DNA from: Gemmatimonadota bacterium
GTDB taxonomy: Bacteria; Gemmatimonadota; Gemmatimonadetes; Palauibacterales; KS3-K002
DNA length: 64,000 nt
Assembly: GCA_039589115.1 (NCBI GenBank)
Contig: JBDHHZ010000001.1
Location: 9,283 to 73,282 of the forward strand
Direction: 5' to 3'
The translations under genes and the position numbers were made by a program. Under the pieces are notes generated by a model, which worked only from the letters and a program-made list of their open reading frames with translations, had not been told where the DNA came from and did no database searches. Positions 28,771 through 39,441 of the stretch are shown in pieces (position 1 is the first letter of the stretch; every line of letters starts with the position of its first letter).

Positions 28771-30294
28771 ATGAAGTGGAGAGCGGTCCCCAGCGCGCTT
28801 CTCGCGTTGCTGTTCATCAGTGTAGGCACCGTAGACGCTCAGGTCGCGACCCTCACACTGGAGGAGGCGATCGAGCTGGCCAGGGCAAACAACCCCTTGT
28901 TCCTGCAGACCCTGAACGATGTGACCCCGGCCGAGTGGGGCGTGCGGGCAGCCAACGCCAACCTGTTCACGCCCAACGCCGATCTCTCGTTCGCCACGTC
29001 CTGGCAGGACGCCGGTCAGCAGCGGTTCGGTGGTTTCACGTCCGCCCAGCCCTCGGTGTTGATCTCTAACTACTCGTTCAGTTTGACCTACGCGTTGAAC
29101 GGCACGACGATCTTCCAGCCGGGTCAGCGGAGGGCGCAGCGAGACGCCGTCGAACGAAGAGTCGATAACGCCGAGCTTCAGCTCCGCAGTCAGGTGACCG
29201 CTGCCTATCTCGAGGTCCTCAGGCTGGAGGCCCGGGCGGTGCAGGCGGAGCGAGAGCTGAATCGTTCGGAGGAGCATCTGCGGCTCGCCGAGGCGCGCGA
29301 ACAAGTGGGTGCCGGGACGCGCCTGGAGTCGATGCAGGCGGATGTAGCTCGCGGCCAGGCCGAGGTCGCGATGATCGTGGCCCAGAACGCGGCCCGGGTA
29401 TCGAAGCTCCGGCTGATCCAGGCGTTAGGCGTCCAGATGCCGCAGGGGCAGATCGAGTTGGTGAGCGAGTTCGAGATTTTCGAGCCGCAACTGGATATCG
29501 AGAACTGGCTCTCGGAGGCCCTGGTGGCTCACCCGACTCTGGTGGCGGCGCGGGCCGAGCGTGCTGCGGCCAACTCGACCGTGAAGGTAGCGAAGGCGTC
29601 CTACTTCCCGACCCTCGCACTTCGAGCAAGCTGGAGCGGCTTCACGCGAGAGGAAACCGATCCGACCTTCACGATCAACAATTCGATAAACAACGCCCAA
29701 AACAACTCGACGGCGGTGGTCGGGCTCTGCAATACCTTCAACGAGCTCTACACGCGCAGCGGAGACGGCAGCGTGCCGCCCGAGTTCGGCGATTGTCAGC
29801 AGTTCGTGTTCACGCCTGAGGACTCCGCCTCCATCGATCAATCGATCAGGCGGAGCAACGCCGTCTTCCCGTTCGACTTCGCCAACGAGCCGGTCACCCT
29901 GAGCGCCTTCTTCTCTCTGCCGCTCTGGAGCGGCTTCGATCGCCAGGTACAGGTCGAGCAGGCGATCACGCTTCGCAACGACCTCGACTACGCGGTCAGG
30001 GGCCTGGAGCTGCAGATCCACGCCGACGTCACAGAGGCGGTCCACAATCTGGAGACTGCGCATCGGACGGTGCAGCTGCAGGAGGAGAACACGGCGCGGG
30101 CTCGCGAGGAGATGCGCCTGGCGCAGGAACGCTATCAATTGGGCGCCGGCACTTTTCTCGAGCTGCTGGATTCACAGACGCTAACAGCCCAAGCGGAAGT
30201 AGATCAGATCGAGGCGGTCTTCGGATTCCACCAGTCGCTGGCCGCCCTCGAGGCCGCGGTTGGCCGTCCGCTTCAGCTTTCCGGAGGGAACTAG
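28771..30294 (+). CDS. TolC-family outer-membrane efflux protein
   Basis: ATG at 28771 (MKWRAVPSALLALLFISVGTVDAQ signal peptide) and two TolC-like repeat halves. Confidence 0.8.
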   Translation: MKWRAVPSALLALLFISVGTVDAQVATLTLEEAIELARANNPLFLQTLNDVTPAEWGVRAANANLFTPNADLSFATSWQDAGQQRFGGFTSAQPSVLISNYSFSLTYALNGTTIFQPGQRRAQRDAVERRVDNAELQLRSQVTAAYLEVLRLEARAVQAERELNRSEEHLRLAEAREQVGAGTRLESMQADVARGQAEVAMIVAQNAARVSKLRLIQALGVQMPQGQIELVSEFEIFEPQLDIENWLSEALVAHPTLVAARAERAAANSTVKVAKASYFPTLALRASWSGFTREETDPTFTINNSINNAQNNSTAVVGLCNTFNELYTRSGDGSVPPEFGDCQQFVFTPEDSASIDQSIRRSNAVFPFDFANEPVTLSAFFSLPLWSGFDRQVQVEQAITLRNDLDYAVRGLELQIHADVTEAVHNLETAHRTVQLQEENTARAREEMRLAQERYQLGAGTFLELLDSQTLTAQAEVDQIEAVFGFHQSLAALEAAVGRPLQLSGGN

Positions 30295-30325
30295 GCCGAG
30301 AGATGATCGGCCGGGAGCTATAGAC

Positions 30326-31633
30326 GTGAATAGGAAGAAGTTATTCATCGGCGTCGGAGTCGCCATTGTGGTTATCGTGTTCATGACGATGGCTCTGCGA
30401 CAGGGCCGCCGGGGAGGGATCGACGTTCGCACCGAGGAGGTGCAGCGCCGCGACCTGGTTTCGGTGGTGACGGCCAGCGGGCGCATCCGACCGCACCGCA
30501 GGGTGGAGATCCAGGCCGACGTTTCGGGCCGGATCGTCGATCTGCGTATACTCGAAGGCCAGGACGTCGCCTCAGGCGACACCCTGCTGATCATCGATCA
30601 GGCCACTTACCAGGCCGCTGTGCAGCGGTCCCAGGCCGCGCTCAGCTCCTCCCAGGCCTCGGCGACACAGGCCCGGGCCAACCGGGACCAGGCGGAACAC
30701 ATGCTGACGCGCACGCGGCGCATCCTGGAGCAGAACTCCGAGCTCATCTCGGAGCAGGAGCTCGAGGCCGCCGAGACGAACTACGATGTGCAGGAAGCGC
30801 TGTACCAGGCGTCCGAGTACATGGTGGAGCAGGCACGGGCCAACGTGCGCGAGGCGATCGACCGGCTGGCCAAGACCGTGATCATCGCCCCGCTCAACGG
30901 CCGGGTGACGCGCCTGAACGTCGAGCAAGGCGAAACGGCGATCATCGGTACGATGAACAACCCGGGCACGGTGCTGCTGACCGTTGCCGATCTATCAGAG
31001 ATGGAAGCGGTCGTCGAGGTCGACGAGACCGACGTCCCGCTGATCGAGCTGGGCGACAGCGCCAGCATCGAGATCGATGCCTTCCCCGACGAGACGTTCG
31101 TCGGTCAAGTCACCGAGATCGGCCACAGCTCGATCCAGGGTGGAGCGCTGGGCTTCAGTGGAACCACCTCCGACCAGTCGGTCGATTTCGAGGTCGTAAT
31201 CCGGATCACGGTGCCGCCTGAGGGTCTACGGACCGACCTCTCCTGCACATCCGATATCGTCGCGGAAGCGCGGGACAGCGTGCTCAGCATCCCGATCATC
31301 GCCCTGGCGCTTCGCACGCCGGTGGCGGAGGAAGAGGAGGAACCGTCCGGCGACACGAGCTCCGAGGAGATCGAGCTGGTCGAGGAGGGTGATGAAGCCG
31401 AGCCCGTGGAGACCGAAGGCGTTTTCGTCGTCGGAGAGGACAACACGGTGACCTTCCGGCCGGTGACGGTGGGCGTCGCGGGACGCGAGCATTTCGAGGT
31501 GCTGGAAGGGCTGGAGGAAGGCGACCTGATCGTCTCCGGCAGTTACCAGGCCATCCGCCAGCTTCAACACGGTGACCTGGTGAAGCCGACTGGCGACGGA
31601 AGCAACCGCACAGAAGGGAACGGGACGACATAA
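30326..31633 (+). CDS. efflux transporter periplasmic adaptor subunit (HlyD/MacA family)
   Basis: GTG at 30326, a transmembrane anchor, coiled-coil region, and barrel-sandwich/beta-barrel domains. Confidence 0.8.
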   Translation: MNRKKLFIGVGVAIVVIVFMTMALRQGRRGGIDVRTEEVQRRDLVSVVTASGRIRPHRRVEIQADVSGRIVDLRILEGQDVASGDTLLIIDQATYQAAVQRSQAALSSSQASATQARANRDQAEHMLTRTRRILEQNSELISEQELEAAETNYDVQEALYQASEYMVEQARANVREAIDRLAKTVIIAPLNGRVTRLNVEQGETAIIGTMNNPGTVLLTVADLSEMEAVVEVDETDVPLIELGDSASIEIDAFPDETFVGQVTEIGHSSIQGGALGFSGTTSDQSVDFEVVIRITVPPEGLRTDLSCTSDIVAEARDSVLSIPIIALALRTPVAEEEEEPSGDTSSEEIELVEEGDEAEPVETEGVFVVGEDNTVTFRPVTVGVAGREHFEVLEGLEEGDLIVSGSYQAIRQLQHGDLVKPTGDGSNRTEGNGTT

Positions 31634-32349
31634 TGATGCCGCCAGACAACGCCGTCATCCTGACGGCTAACTTGACGAAAGACTACGAGCTGGGCGCCGA
31701 GACCGTACACGCTCTGGCCGGAGTCGACATGCAGATCAACAAGAACGAGCTGGTCGCCATCATGGGGCCGTCGGGCTCCGGCAAATCTACGTTGCTAAAC
31801 CTGATCGGCTGCCTGGACACACCGTCGGCCGGCCAGTACTGGCTGAGCGGACAAGAGGTCTCGCAGCTCGACGACAACGAGCTGGCCCGGATCCGCAACC
31901 GCGAGATCGGCTTCGTCTTCCAGACGTTCAACCTGCTGCCGCGGACGACTGCGCTGCACAACGTCGAGCTACCGCTGATCTACGCCGGCATGCCGGCCAA
32001 GCAGCGACACGAGCAGGCGAAGAACGCGCTGGAGGCCGTCGGCCTGGCCGACCGGATGACACACCATCCGAACGAGCTGTCGGGCGGTGAGCGCCAGCGG
32101 GTCGCCATGGCCCGGGCACTGGTCAACGAGCCGTCTCTGGTGCTGGCCGATGAGCCGACGGGGAACCTCGACTCCTCGACCTCGAAGGAGATCATGGACG
32201 TCCTGGTCGGCCTGTACGAGCGCGGCGAGACGATCCTGCTGGTAACGCACGAGCGAGACATCGCCGCCTACGCGGAGCGACTGATCACACTGCGAGACGG
32301 GAAGATCGAATCAGACGAGCTCCACACAATCGGCGCTGCGGTACCTTGA
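31633..32349 (+). CDS. ABC transporter ATP-binding protein (MacB/LolD family)
   Basis: Walker [10 protein letters not shown], signature [15 protein letters not shown], Walker [13 protein letters not shown]. Confidence 0.9.
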   Translation: MMPPDNAVILTANLTKDYELGAETVHALAGVDMQINKNELVAIMGPSGSGKSTLLNLIGCLDTPSAGQYWLSGQEVSQLDDNELARIRNREIGFVFQTFNLLPRTTALHNVELPLIYAGMPAKQRHEQAKNALEAVGLADRMTHHPNELSGGERQRVAMARALVNEPSLVLADEPTGNLDSSTSKEIMDVLVGLYERGETILLVTHERDIAAYAERLITLRDGKIESDELHTIGAAVP

Positions 32350-33590
32350 ACGTATTCGACTCTATCCGGATTGCCTTGCAGACGGTCTGGGCCCAGAAGC
32401 TCAAGTCGTTCTTCACAATTCTGGGCGTGATCGTCGGCGTGACCTTCCTGATCTCGGTGTTCGCCGTGGTCGAAGGTATGAATCGCTATATGGAGGACGA
32501 CTTCGCCGGCTCGATCTTCGGCATCAACACGATCACGATCGAACGGATATGGTCGGGACGCGGCGGCCGTCAGGACGCCGAGACGCGCCGTGCGCAATCG
32601 CGCAACCCCGACGTCACGGAGGCCGACGCCGAGGCCCTGCGCGAGCAGATCCCCGACATCTGGTACATGGCCTACTACGACGACCGCTTCATGCCGGAGG
32701 TGCGGGCCGAGCAGCGCAGACGCAAGAACGTCCGGCTGATCGGCGTGACCGACCAGTACCTGGCCTTGCAGGGCTGGGACATCGTCGACGGCCGAGGCAT
32801 CACGCGTATCGACGACATGCGGGCGATCAGGGTCGTCGTGATCGGCGACGCGATCGCGGAGAAACTGTTCCCGGATGAATCGGCGGTCGGCCGCGACATC
32901 CGGCTGGGGCCGTTCCGCTATCAGGTCATCGGCGTACTGAAGCGCCAGGGCGGCTTTATCGGCATCATCCGCGACGCATCTGTCGTCGTCCCGTGGGGCG
33001 CCTACCAGGCCGACTTCTCGCGACGCCGCAACGCGCTCGAGGGCATCCAGATCAAGTTCCAGACGAGCGCGGCGATGGAGGTCGGCGAGGCGACGGCCGA
33101 GGAGCTGATGCGGGCGCGGCATCAGTTGCGCCCCGGCGAGGAGAACGACTTCGACATCGAGACGGCGAGTGAGATCCTCGACGTCTGGAAGGGCATCAAG
33201 AATGTGCTGATGTGGGCCGGACCGGGTCTGGCGTCTATCGCGCTGGTCGTTGGCGGCATCGTCATCATGAATATCATGCTGATGTCGGTGCTGGAACGCA
33301 CTCGCGAGATCGGCGTACGCAAGGCGCTCGGGGCGCGGCGCGTCGACATCGTCAGACAGTTTCTCGCCGAGTCGGCGACGCTCTCGACGGTCGGCGCTGG
33401 CGCCGGCCTGATGCTCGGCGCCGGCCTGGCCAAGCTGGTCGTGATGATGACCCCGCTGCCGGCCTCGATCCCCACCTGGGCGCCGGTGGCCGGCGTCGCA
33501 CTGGGGATGGGCGTGGGAATCGTCTTCGGGGTGTACCCTGCCATCCGCGCGTCGCGACTCGATCCGATCGATGCGTTGAGGTACGAGTGA
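32346..33590 (+). CDS. ABC transporter permease (FtsX/MacB-type), first of two
   Basis: MacB-type periplasmic domain between TM1 and TM2, and a C-terminal FtsX-like four-transmembrane region. Confidence 0.8.
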   Translation: MNVFDSIRIALQTVWAQKLKSFFTILGVIVGVTFLISVFAVVEGMNRYMEDDFAGSIFGINTITIERIWSGRGGRQDAETRRAQSRNPDVTEADAEALREQIPDIWYMAYYDDRFMPEVRAEQRRRKNVRLIGVTDQYLALQGWDIVDGRGITRIDDMRAIRVVVIGDAIAEKLFPDESAVGRDIRLGPFRYQVIGVLKRQGGFIGIIRDASVVVPWGAYQADFSRRRNALEGIQIKFQTSAAMEVGEATAEELMRARHQLRPGEENDFDIETASEILDVWKGIKNVLMWAGPGLASIALVVGGIVIMNIMLMSVLERTREIGVRKALGARRVDIVRQFLAESATLSTVGAGAGLMLGAGLAKLVVMMTPLPASIPTWAPVAGVALGMGVGIVFGVYPAIRASRLDPIDALRYE

Positions 33591-33603
33591 CGGAGAGCTA
33601 ACG

Positions 33604-34866
33604 ATGACCATCAAGCCACTGCGGGAAGGCGTCAGAATAGCGCTACAGGCTCTCAGGCAGAGCAAGCTGCGCTCCGGGCTGACCATACTGGGGGTCGCCA
33701 TCGGTGTCCTGGTCGTCGTCGCCATAGCCGCTGTGATCCAGGGCATCAACCAGAGCTTCGATGTACTCGTCGAGGCCTCGGGGGCGAACACGTTCTATGT
33801 CACTCGAGCCTACGGCGTAGAGATGTCGACGGGCCTCGAAGAGGAAGACCCGACCTGGCGGCGACGTCCTCCCGTACCGGCTCGTTTCGCTCGCTCGCTC
33901 GATGCCCTCTCCACGGTGGCGAACTCGTTCGCGTCTGCGGACCTATCGTGGCTGAACGTTCAGCTGAAGGCCGGGGGTAACGAGACGGGGGCGAGCATCC
34001 TGGCGGTGCCGTCCGACTACATGCAGACCGACGCCGGCGATATCATCGCCGGCCGCTTCTACACGAAGCTGGAGGAGGACGCCGGCCGGCCGGTCGCCGT
34101 CATCGACAGCTCGGCCGCCCACGACCTGTTCGCGCCACAGAGCGCCGTCGGCCAGACGTTCCGGATCGGCAATCAGAGCTTCACGGTGGTCGGCATCTAC
34201 AAGCATCCGCCCAACCTGTTCGCGGCGTTGGGTGACAGCCGGGTGTTCGTGCCATTCAACACGGGCCAGAAGTACTTGATGAAGGATATCCGCTGGATCT
34301 CCTTCGATGAACTGGTCTGGATTACGATAGTGGCCAAGCCGGTGGTCAACATATCCCGCGCCATCGACCAGGTCACCGGCCGCATGCGTGCGCTTCGCGG
34401 GCTGGGCCCCGGCGATGAGAACAACTTCGATATCGTGACCCAGGAATCGATGATGGAGGTATGGAACCAGCTGACAGCGGCGCTGTTCGCCGCGATGTTC
34501 GCGCTCTCCAGCGTCGGCCTGATGGTGGGTGGTATCGGAGTGATCGCGGTCATGGTGGTGTCGGTAACTGAGCGCACCCGCGAGATCGGGATCCGCAAAG
34601 CAATGGGCGCTACGCGGCGCGATATCCTCTGGCAGTTCCTCGTCGAGGCGGTCACGCTCACCACGATCGGCGGCGTCACCGGCCTCGGCATCGGCGGCCT
34701 CATCGCCTGGCTCGTCAACAGCTTCACTCCGATGCCGGCCGTCATCCCGCTCTGGTCGATCATCCTCGCCATCGCGGCGGCGGCGCTCACTGGCATCGTC
34801 TTCGGACTCTTCCCGGCGGTGCGGGCCTCGCGCCTCGACCCGGTAGCCTCCCTGCGCTACGAGTAG
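33604..34866 (+). CDS. ABC transporter permease (FtsX/MacB-type), second of two
   Basis: Paralogous to the previous permease; ends ...RASRLDPVASLRYE. Confidence 0.8.
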   Translation: MTIKPLREGVRIALQALRQSKLRSGLTILGVAIGVLVVVAIAAVIQGINQSFDVLVEASGANTFYVTRAYGVEMSTGLEEEDPTWRRRPPVPARFARSLDALSTVANSFASADLSWLNVQLKAGGNETGASILAVPSDYMQTDAGDIIAGRFYTKLEEDAGRPVAVIDSSAAHDLFAPQSAVGQTFRIGNQSFTVVGIYKHPPNLFAALGDSRVFVPFNTGQKYLMKDIRWISFDELVWITIVAKPVVNISRAIDQVTGRMRALRGLGPGDENNFDIVTQESMMEVWNQLTAALFAAMFALSSVGLMVGGIGVIAVMVVSVTERTREIGIRKAMGATRRDILWQFLVEAVTLTTIGGVTGLGIGGLIAWLVNSFTPMPAVIPLWSIILAIAAAALTGIVFGLFPAVRASRLDPVASLRYE

Positions 34867-34867
34867 C

Positions 34868-34939
34868 TGCTCCCCATCTCCATCTCCATCTTCATCTCGT
34901 TTTGGATGCAGATGGAGATGGAAGATAGGGATGGAGAGC
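34868..34939. repeat. hairpin from tandem hexamers (CCATCT)n / (AGATGG)n just after the permease stop
   Basis: CTCCCCATCTCCATCTCCATCTTCATCTC gttttggatg CAGATGGAGATGGAAGATAGGGATGGAGAG. Confidence 0.75.
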
Positions 34940-34990
34940 GGATACTTGGACGGGTTGCGGTCCTCAGCAGCCTTGCATTCCTTGTAACCT

Positions 34991-35704
34991 ATGATCGACT
35001 TGCTGGCCATCGCGCCACATCCCGACGACGCCGAACTGCTCTGCGGTGGCACCCTGATCCGGGCCGCCGACGCGGGCCACAGAACCGGCGTTCTGGACCT
35101 GACGGCCGGCGAGGCCGGTTCGCGAGGGACGCCCGAGGAACGCGCGGCCGAGTCGGAGCGCGCAGCCGAGATAATGGGCCTCGCCGACCGCAAGAACCTG
35201 GGCCTGCCCGACGCGCGGATCGCGAACGACGAAGAGAGCCGTGTGCGGCTGATCGAGGCGATCCGTGAGCTGCGCCCGCGCGTCGTGATCCTGCCCTACT
35301 TCGAGGGACGCCACCCCGACCACCGGGTCGGAGCGGAGCTCGGCTACGACGCCTGCTACCTGGCCGGGCTGAAGAACTTCCCCGCCGGCGGCGAGCCTCA
35401 CCGGCCGGCGAAAGTCCTCTATGCCCTCGCCTATCGCGAGCACGCGCTTAAGCCGACGTTCGTTGTCGACACGAGCGAAGCGTTCGAGCGCAAGCTCGAG
35501 GCGGTCCGCTGCTACGGGTCGCAGTTCGACGGCGTTAAGGCGCTGGGCGAGCTCTTCCCCGCCGATGTGCCACTCTACGACCTGGTCCGCATCCAGGACG
35601 CGCATTACGGCTCGCTGATCCGCGCCGCCTACGGCGAGCCGTTCTATACGCGTGAGACAATGATGATAGACGATGTGGTCGGGCTGTCTGTGAGTACGTT
35701 CTAG
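34991..35704 (+). CDS. bshB: LmbE/PIG-L-family deacetylase, bacillithiol biosynthesis BshB1-like
   Basis: N-terminal AIAPHPDDAELLCGGTL (PIG-L motif) plus a HPDH motif. Confidence 0.75.
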   Translation: MIDLLAIAPHPDDAELLCGGTLIRAADAGHRTGVLDLTAGEAGSRGTPEERAAESERAAEIMGLADRKNLGLPDARIANDEESRVRLIEAIRELRPRVVILPYFEGRHPDHRVGAELGYDACYLAGLKNFPAGGEPHRPAKVLYALAYREHALKPTFVVDTSEAFERKLEAVRCYGSQFDGVKALGELFPADVPLYDLVRIQDAHYGSLIRAAYGEPFYTRETMMIDDVVGLSVSTF

Positions 35705-35705
35705 A

Positions 35706-35800
35706 AGAGAGTTGGGGAACCGCGGAACGGCCGCAGTTTGTTGGGAATTCTCGAAGGCGATTCGGTGATTCGGTGATTCGGGGGGCCGGGGAAGTTTAGA
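35706..35800. repeat. ~100-bp intergenic repeat, copy 1 (GAGTTGGGGAAC...GGGAATTCTCGAAGGCGATTCGGTGATTCGGTGATTCGGGGGG)
   Basis: Shares about 30 identical nt plus a flanking tandem 8-mer (TTCGGTGA/TTCGGGGG) with the reverse complement of 50193..50276. Confidence 0.75.
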
Positions 35801-35971
35801 GGTCTCGGAGGAGCCGTTGCGATGGCAGGCTCCTCTTACCGCGACGGCGAGGGCGCGGAAGGGGCTACGAGCGGACATTTGGGGCGCGGCGGCGGCGCAG
35901 CCGCCGTGCCTGCAATCGAGCCGCGCGACATGGAGCGAGAGCCCCTTCCGTGCCCGAGCGGTAGACGCGAC

Positions 35972-37129
35972 ATGAAGCGACAAATCTACCTCGACTATTC
36001 GGCGACCACGCCGCTGCACCCTCAGGTGCGAACCGCGATGGCGGCGAGCCTGGACGAGGTCTTCGGCAACCCATCCAGCATCCATTCCTTCGGTCGTGAC
36101 GCGCGCGTGGCGGTCGAAGATGCCCGGCGCCGCCTACTCGACGCGCTGGGCGCAAAACGAGGCCAACTGATCTTCACCGGCTCGGGCAGCGAAGCCGACT
36201 GTTTGGCCGTGCTTGGCTTCGCCTGGAGGCGGCCGGGCGGTTGCGTGGTGCGATCCAGCATCGAGCACAAAGCCGTCGTCAAGGCGACCAAAGCCCTGGA
36301 GGCCGACGGCTACGACGTACGCGTCGCGCCCGTCGACGGCCACGGTGTCGTCGACCTGAAGGCGCTGGCCGAACTGCTGCCGGAAGATGGCCGGCCGACG
36401 CTGGTCTCGGTGATGTGGGCGAACAACGAGACCGGTGTGGTTCAGCCGGTGCGCGAGCTGGCCGACCTGTGCCGCGAGCGCGACGCGACGTTTCACTCCG
36501 ACGCGGTCCAGGCGTTCGGCAAACTGCCCCTCGATGTCGATGCCGCAGGAGTCGATCTCCTGGCGCTGTCCGCCCACAAGCTGGGAGGCCCGAAAGGCAT
36601 CGGCGCGCTGCTCATCCGCGGCGACATCGAGCTGCAGCCGCTCGTCCACGGCGGCGGCCAGGAGAGCGGCCTGCGCGCGGGAACCGAGAACGTGGCGGGG
36701 ATCGTCGGCTTCGCCGAGGCGGGTGCCGTCTCGACGGCGGAGCTCGATTCAGAGAGCGTGAGATTGGGCGGGCTGCGGGACCGGCTGCAGGCCGGACTGC
36801 TCGAGGCGCACCCGGAGATCGTCGTTAACGGCGGAGACGCGCCGCGCCTGCCCAACGTCCTCAACATCTCGATACCGGACATCGACATCGAGGGCGTCCT
36901 CACCTCCCTCGACCTGGAGGGGATCAGCGTATCCTCCGGCTCCGCCTGCACTACAGGCAGCGTCGAGCCCTCACAAGTCGCCGTGGCCATGGGGCTGAAG
37001 GGTGACCTCGCGCAGAATACGATACGTCTCAGCCTGGGTTGGGGAACTCAGGCGGAGGACATCGAGTACGTCATCCAGATGTTCCCGAAAGTCGTGGGTC
37101 GCGTGCGCGAGTTCGCCGGCGGAAGCTGA
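35972..37129 (+). CDS. cysteine desulfurase (NifS/IscS family)
   Basis: ATG at 35972 (MKRQIYLDYSATTPLHP), the SAHKLGGPKGIGAL PLP-lysine region, and an active-site Cys in SSGSACTTGS. Confidence 0.9.
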   Translation: MKRQIYLDYSATTPLHPQVRTAMAASLDEVFGNPSSIHSFGRDARVAVEDARRRLLDALGAKRGQLIFTGSGSEADCLAVLGFAWRRPGGCVVRSSIEHKAVVKATKALEADGYDVRVAPVDGHGVVDLKALAELLPEDGRPTLVSVMWANNETGVVQPVRELADLCRERDATFHSDAVQAFGKLPLDVDAAGVDLLALSAHKLGGPKGIGALLIRGDIELQPLVHGGGQESGLRAGTENVAGIVGFAEAGAVSTAELDSESVRLGGLRDRLQAGLLEAHPEIVVNGGDAPRLPNVLNISIPDIDIEGVLTSLDLEGISVSSGSACTTGSVEPSQVAVAMGLKGDLAQNTIRLSLGWGTQAEDIEYVIQMFPKVVGRVREFAGGS

Positions 37130-37162
37130 ACCAGGCCGCTGTCGCAAAGAGATCTTTCCAAG

Positions 37163-38251
37163 GTGCAGAACACTAACGCAGACCGTCCCCGCATACTGGT
37201 CGCCATGAGCGGCGGCGTCGACTCATCGCTGGCCGCGGCCCTGCTCGTCGAGCGGGGCTACGAGGCGATCGGCGCCACGATCAAGACCTTCTGCTACGCC
37301 GAAGTACCGGGCTCGTCCAAGACCTGCTGCGGGCTGGAGGGCATCGCCGACGCCCGCGCCGTGGCGCAGCGGCTGGGCATCCCGCACTACGTGTACGACC
37401 TCGAGGAAGAGTTCACCCACGACGTGATCGACGACTTCGTCGCCGAGTACGCGCACGGCCGCACGCCCAACCCCTGCGTGATGTGCAACTCGTACACCAA
37501 GTTCCGTGACCTGCTGCGCCGGGCGCGCATGTTGGGCTGCGAGCGCATCGCCACCGGCCACTACGCCCGCTGCGTACGCTCCGGCGACACGACTCAGCTC
37601 CTCAGGGCGGCCGACCTCTCAAAGGACCAGACGTACTTCCTCTGGGGGATCGATCGCGAGGTGCTGGACCGGCTGGAGCTGCCGGTCGGCGACCTGACCA
37701 AGGCGGAGGTCCGCGCCCGGGCCCGGGAGCTGGGCCTGGAGACGGCCGACAAGCCGGAGAGCTTCGACATCTGCTTCGTACCCGACGGCGACTATGCCAG
37801 CTTCCTGGCTACGCGCCTGGACGACGATCACGCCGCCTTCCAGCCCGGGCCCATCGTCACCATAGACGGCGAAAAGATCGGCGAGCACGACGGCTATTGC
37901 CGCTTCACCGTCGGCCAGCGCAAGGGACTGCCCGGCGGTTTCGCGGAGCCGATGCATGTGGTGAGGATCGAGCCCGCCACACGGACGGTGGTCATCGGGC
38001 CGGCCAGCGCGCTGGAATCGCTGGAGGTCACGGTCACCGACCTCAACTGGCTCGGCGCTCCGCCGCGACCCGGCGATGAGATAGGCGTCCAGATCCGCCA
38101 CCGCGGAAGCGAAGTCGCCGGCCGAGTCGTCGAGCTGACCGACGAGTACGCCCGCGTCGAGCTCTTCGAGTCACACCGCGCGGTGATGCCGGGTCAGTCG
38201 GCGGCGGTTTATGATGGCGAGGTTCTTCTGGGAGGCGGGAGGATTCGGTGA
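37163..38251 (+). CDS. mnmA: tRNA 2-thiouridine(34) synthase
   Basis: GTG start; PP-loop SGGVDSS and catalytic cysteines. A cysteine desulfurase immediately upstream fits the pathway. Confidence 0.92.
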   Translation: MQNTNADRPRILVAMSGGVDSSLAAALLVERGYEAIGATIKTFCYAEVPGSSKTCCGLEGIADARAVAQRLGIPHYVYDLEEEFTHDVIDDFVAEYAHGRTPNPCVMCNSYTKFRDLLRRARMLGCERIATGHYARCVRSGDTTQLLRAADLSKDQTYFLWGIDREVLDRLELPVGDLTKAEVRARARELGLETADKPESFDICFVPDGDYASFLATRLDDDHAAFQPGPIVTIDGEKIGEHDGYCRFTVGQRKGLPGGFAEPMHVVRIEPATRTVVIGPASALESLEVTVTDLNWLGAPPRPGDEIGVQIRHRGSEVAGRVVELTDEYARVELFESHRAVMPGQSAAVYDGEVLLGGGRIR

Positions 38252-38323
38252 GCGGTGTGCAGTATGCGGTATGCAGTGTGCGGTGACGGCTACCGCACAC
38301 TGCACACTGCAAACTGCATACTC
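38252..38323. repeat. heptamer palindrome, copy C, between convergent mnmA and dnaJ; possible bidirectional terminator hairpin
   Basis: GCGGTGTGCAGTATGCGGTATGCAGTGTGCGGTGAC ggct ACCGCACACTGCACACTGCAAACTGCATACTC. Confidence 0.8.
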
Positions 38324-38352
38324 TTCACAATTCAAACTTCAGATTACGAAGT

Positions 38353-39438
38353 TCAGTACTTAATGCCTTCCTTGTCCGCCAACTCCTTGATCAGCTTCTG
38401 CGACTTGTCGTCGAGTTTATCCGGCACGACGATCTTCACTTCTACGTACTGATCGCCGATCCGCCCGTCCTTCTCGACACCCATCTTGGGGAGGCGGAAC
38501 TTGGTGCCGCTGCTGGTGCTGGGCGGCACGCGCAGCACGACGCGCTTTCCGTCCACCGTACGGACGCGGAGCTTGGAGCCGAGGGTCGCCTGCGCGATGT
38601 TGATGGGAACCGTGCAGTAGATGTCGAGGCCGCGGCGACGGAAGAAGCGATCCTTCTTGATCTCGAACTTGATGATCAGGTCGCCCGGCGCGCCGCCGCC
38701 CGGCCCGCGCTCGCCCATCCCGGACATACGGACCCGCGAGCCGTTCTCGACGCCGGCCGGCACACGCAGGTTGACGCGCCGCTGGCTGGACACCTGTCCG
38801 TTGCCCCTGCAGCTAGGGCACGGATCGGTGGCGATCTCACCGCGGCCGTAGCAGGCCGGGCAAGGCCGGTTGATGGCGAAGTCGCCCTGCCCCAGGCTCC
38901 TGTGCCCGGTACCGTTGCACTCGGGACAGCGAGTCGTGGACGTCCCGGTTCGCGCGCCGCTGCCGTCGCACGTGGCACACTCCTCGATGACCGGCACGTT
39001 GACCGTGATATGACCGCCGCGGGCGGCCGTCCTGAAGTCGACCTCGACGGTGTGGTCGACGTCCCGGCCGCGCTGCGCTGTCTTCTGCTTGCGACCGCGC
39101 CCGAAGTCCAAGATCGAGCTGAATATGTCGCCGATGCCGCCCAGGTCGTCGAACGAGAAGCCGCGCCGGCTTTCGTCACCACCGGGCGCCGCGACGAAGT
39201 CGTCGAACGGCGTGAAGCGGCGCATGCGGTCGTACTGCTGGCGTTTCTCCGGATCGGAGAGCACAGCGTTCGCCTCGGACACTTCCTTGAAGCGTTCCGA
39301 CGCACTCGGGTTGTCGGGGTTGGCGTCGGGGTGATACTGCTTGGCCAGCTTGCGATACGCCTTCTTGATCGCCTTGGCGTCCGCATCCTCCGAGACCCCG
39401 AGGGTGTGGTAGTAGTCCTTGGTCGTTGGGCGTGCCAT
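38353..39438 (-). CDS. dnaJ: molecular chaperone DnaJ
   Basis: J-domain with HPD, a Gly-rich linker, and four CxxCxGxG zinc-finger repeats. Confidence 0.95.
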   Translation of the reverse strand: MARPTTKDYYHTLGVSEDADAKAIKKAYRKLAKQYHPDANPDNPSASERFKEVSEANAVLSDPEKRQQYDRMRRFTPFDDFVAAPGGDESRRGFSFDDLGGIGDIFSSILDFGRGRKQKTAQRGRDVDHTVEVDFRTAARGGHITVNVPVIEECATCDGSGARTGTSTTRCPECNGTGHRSLGQGDFAINRPCPACYGRGEIATDPCPSCRGNGQVSSQRRVNLRVPAGVENGSRVRMSGMGERGPGGGAPGDLIIKFEIKKDRFFRRRGLDIYCTVPINIAQATLGSKLRVRTVDGKRVVLRVPPSTSSGTKFRLPKMGVEKDGRIGDQYVEVKIVVPDKLDDKSQKLIKELADKEGIKY

Positions 39439-39441
39439 TCC

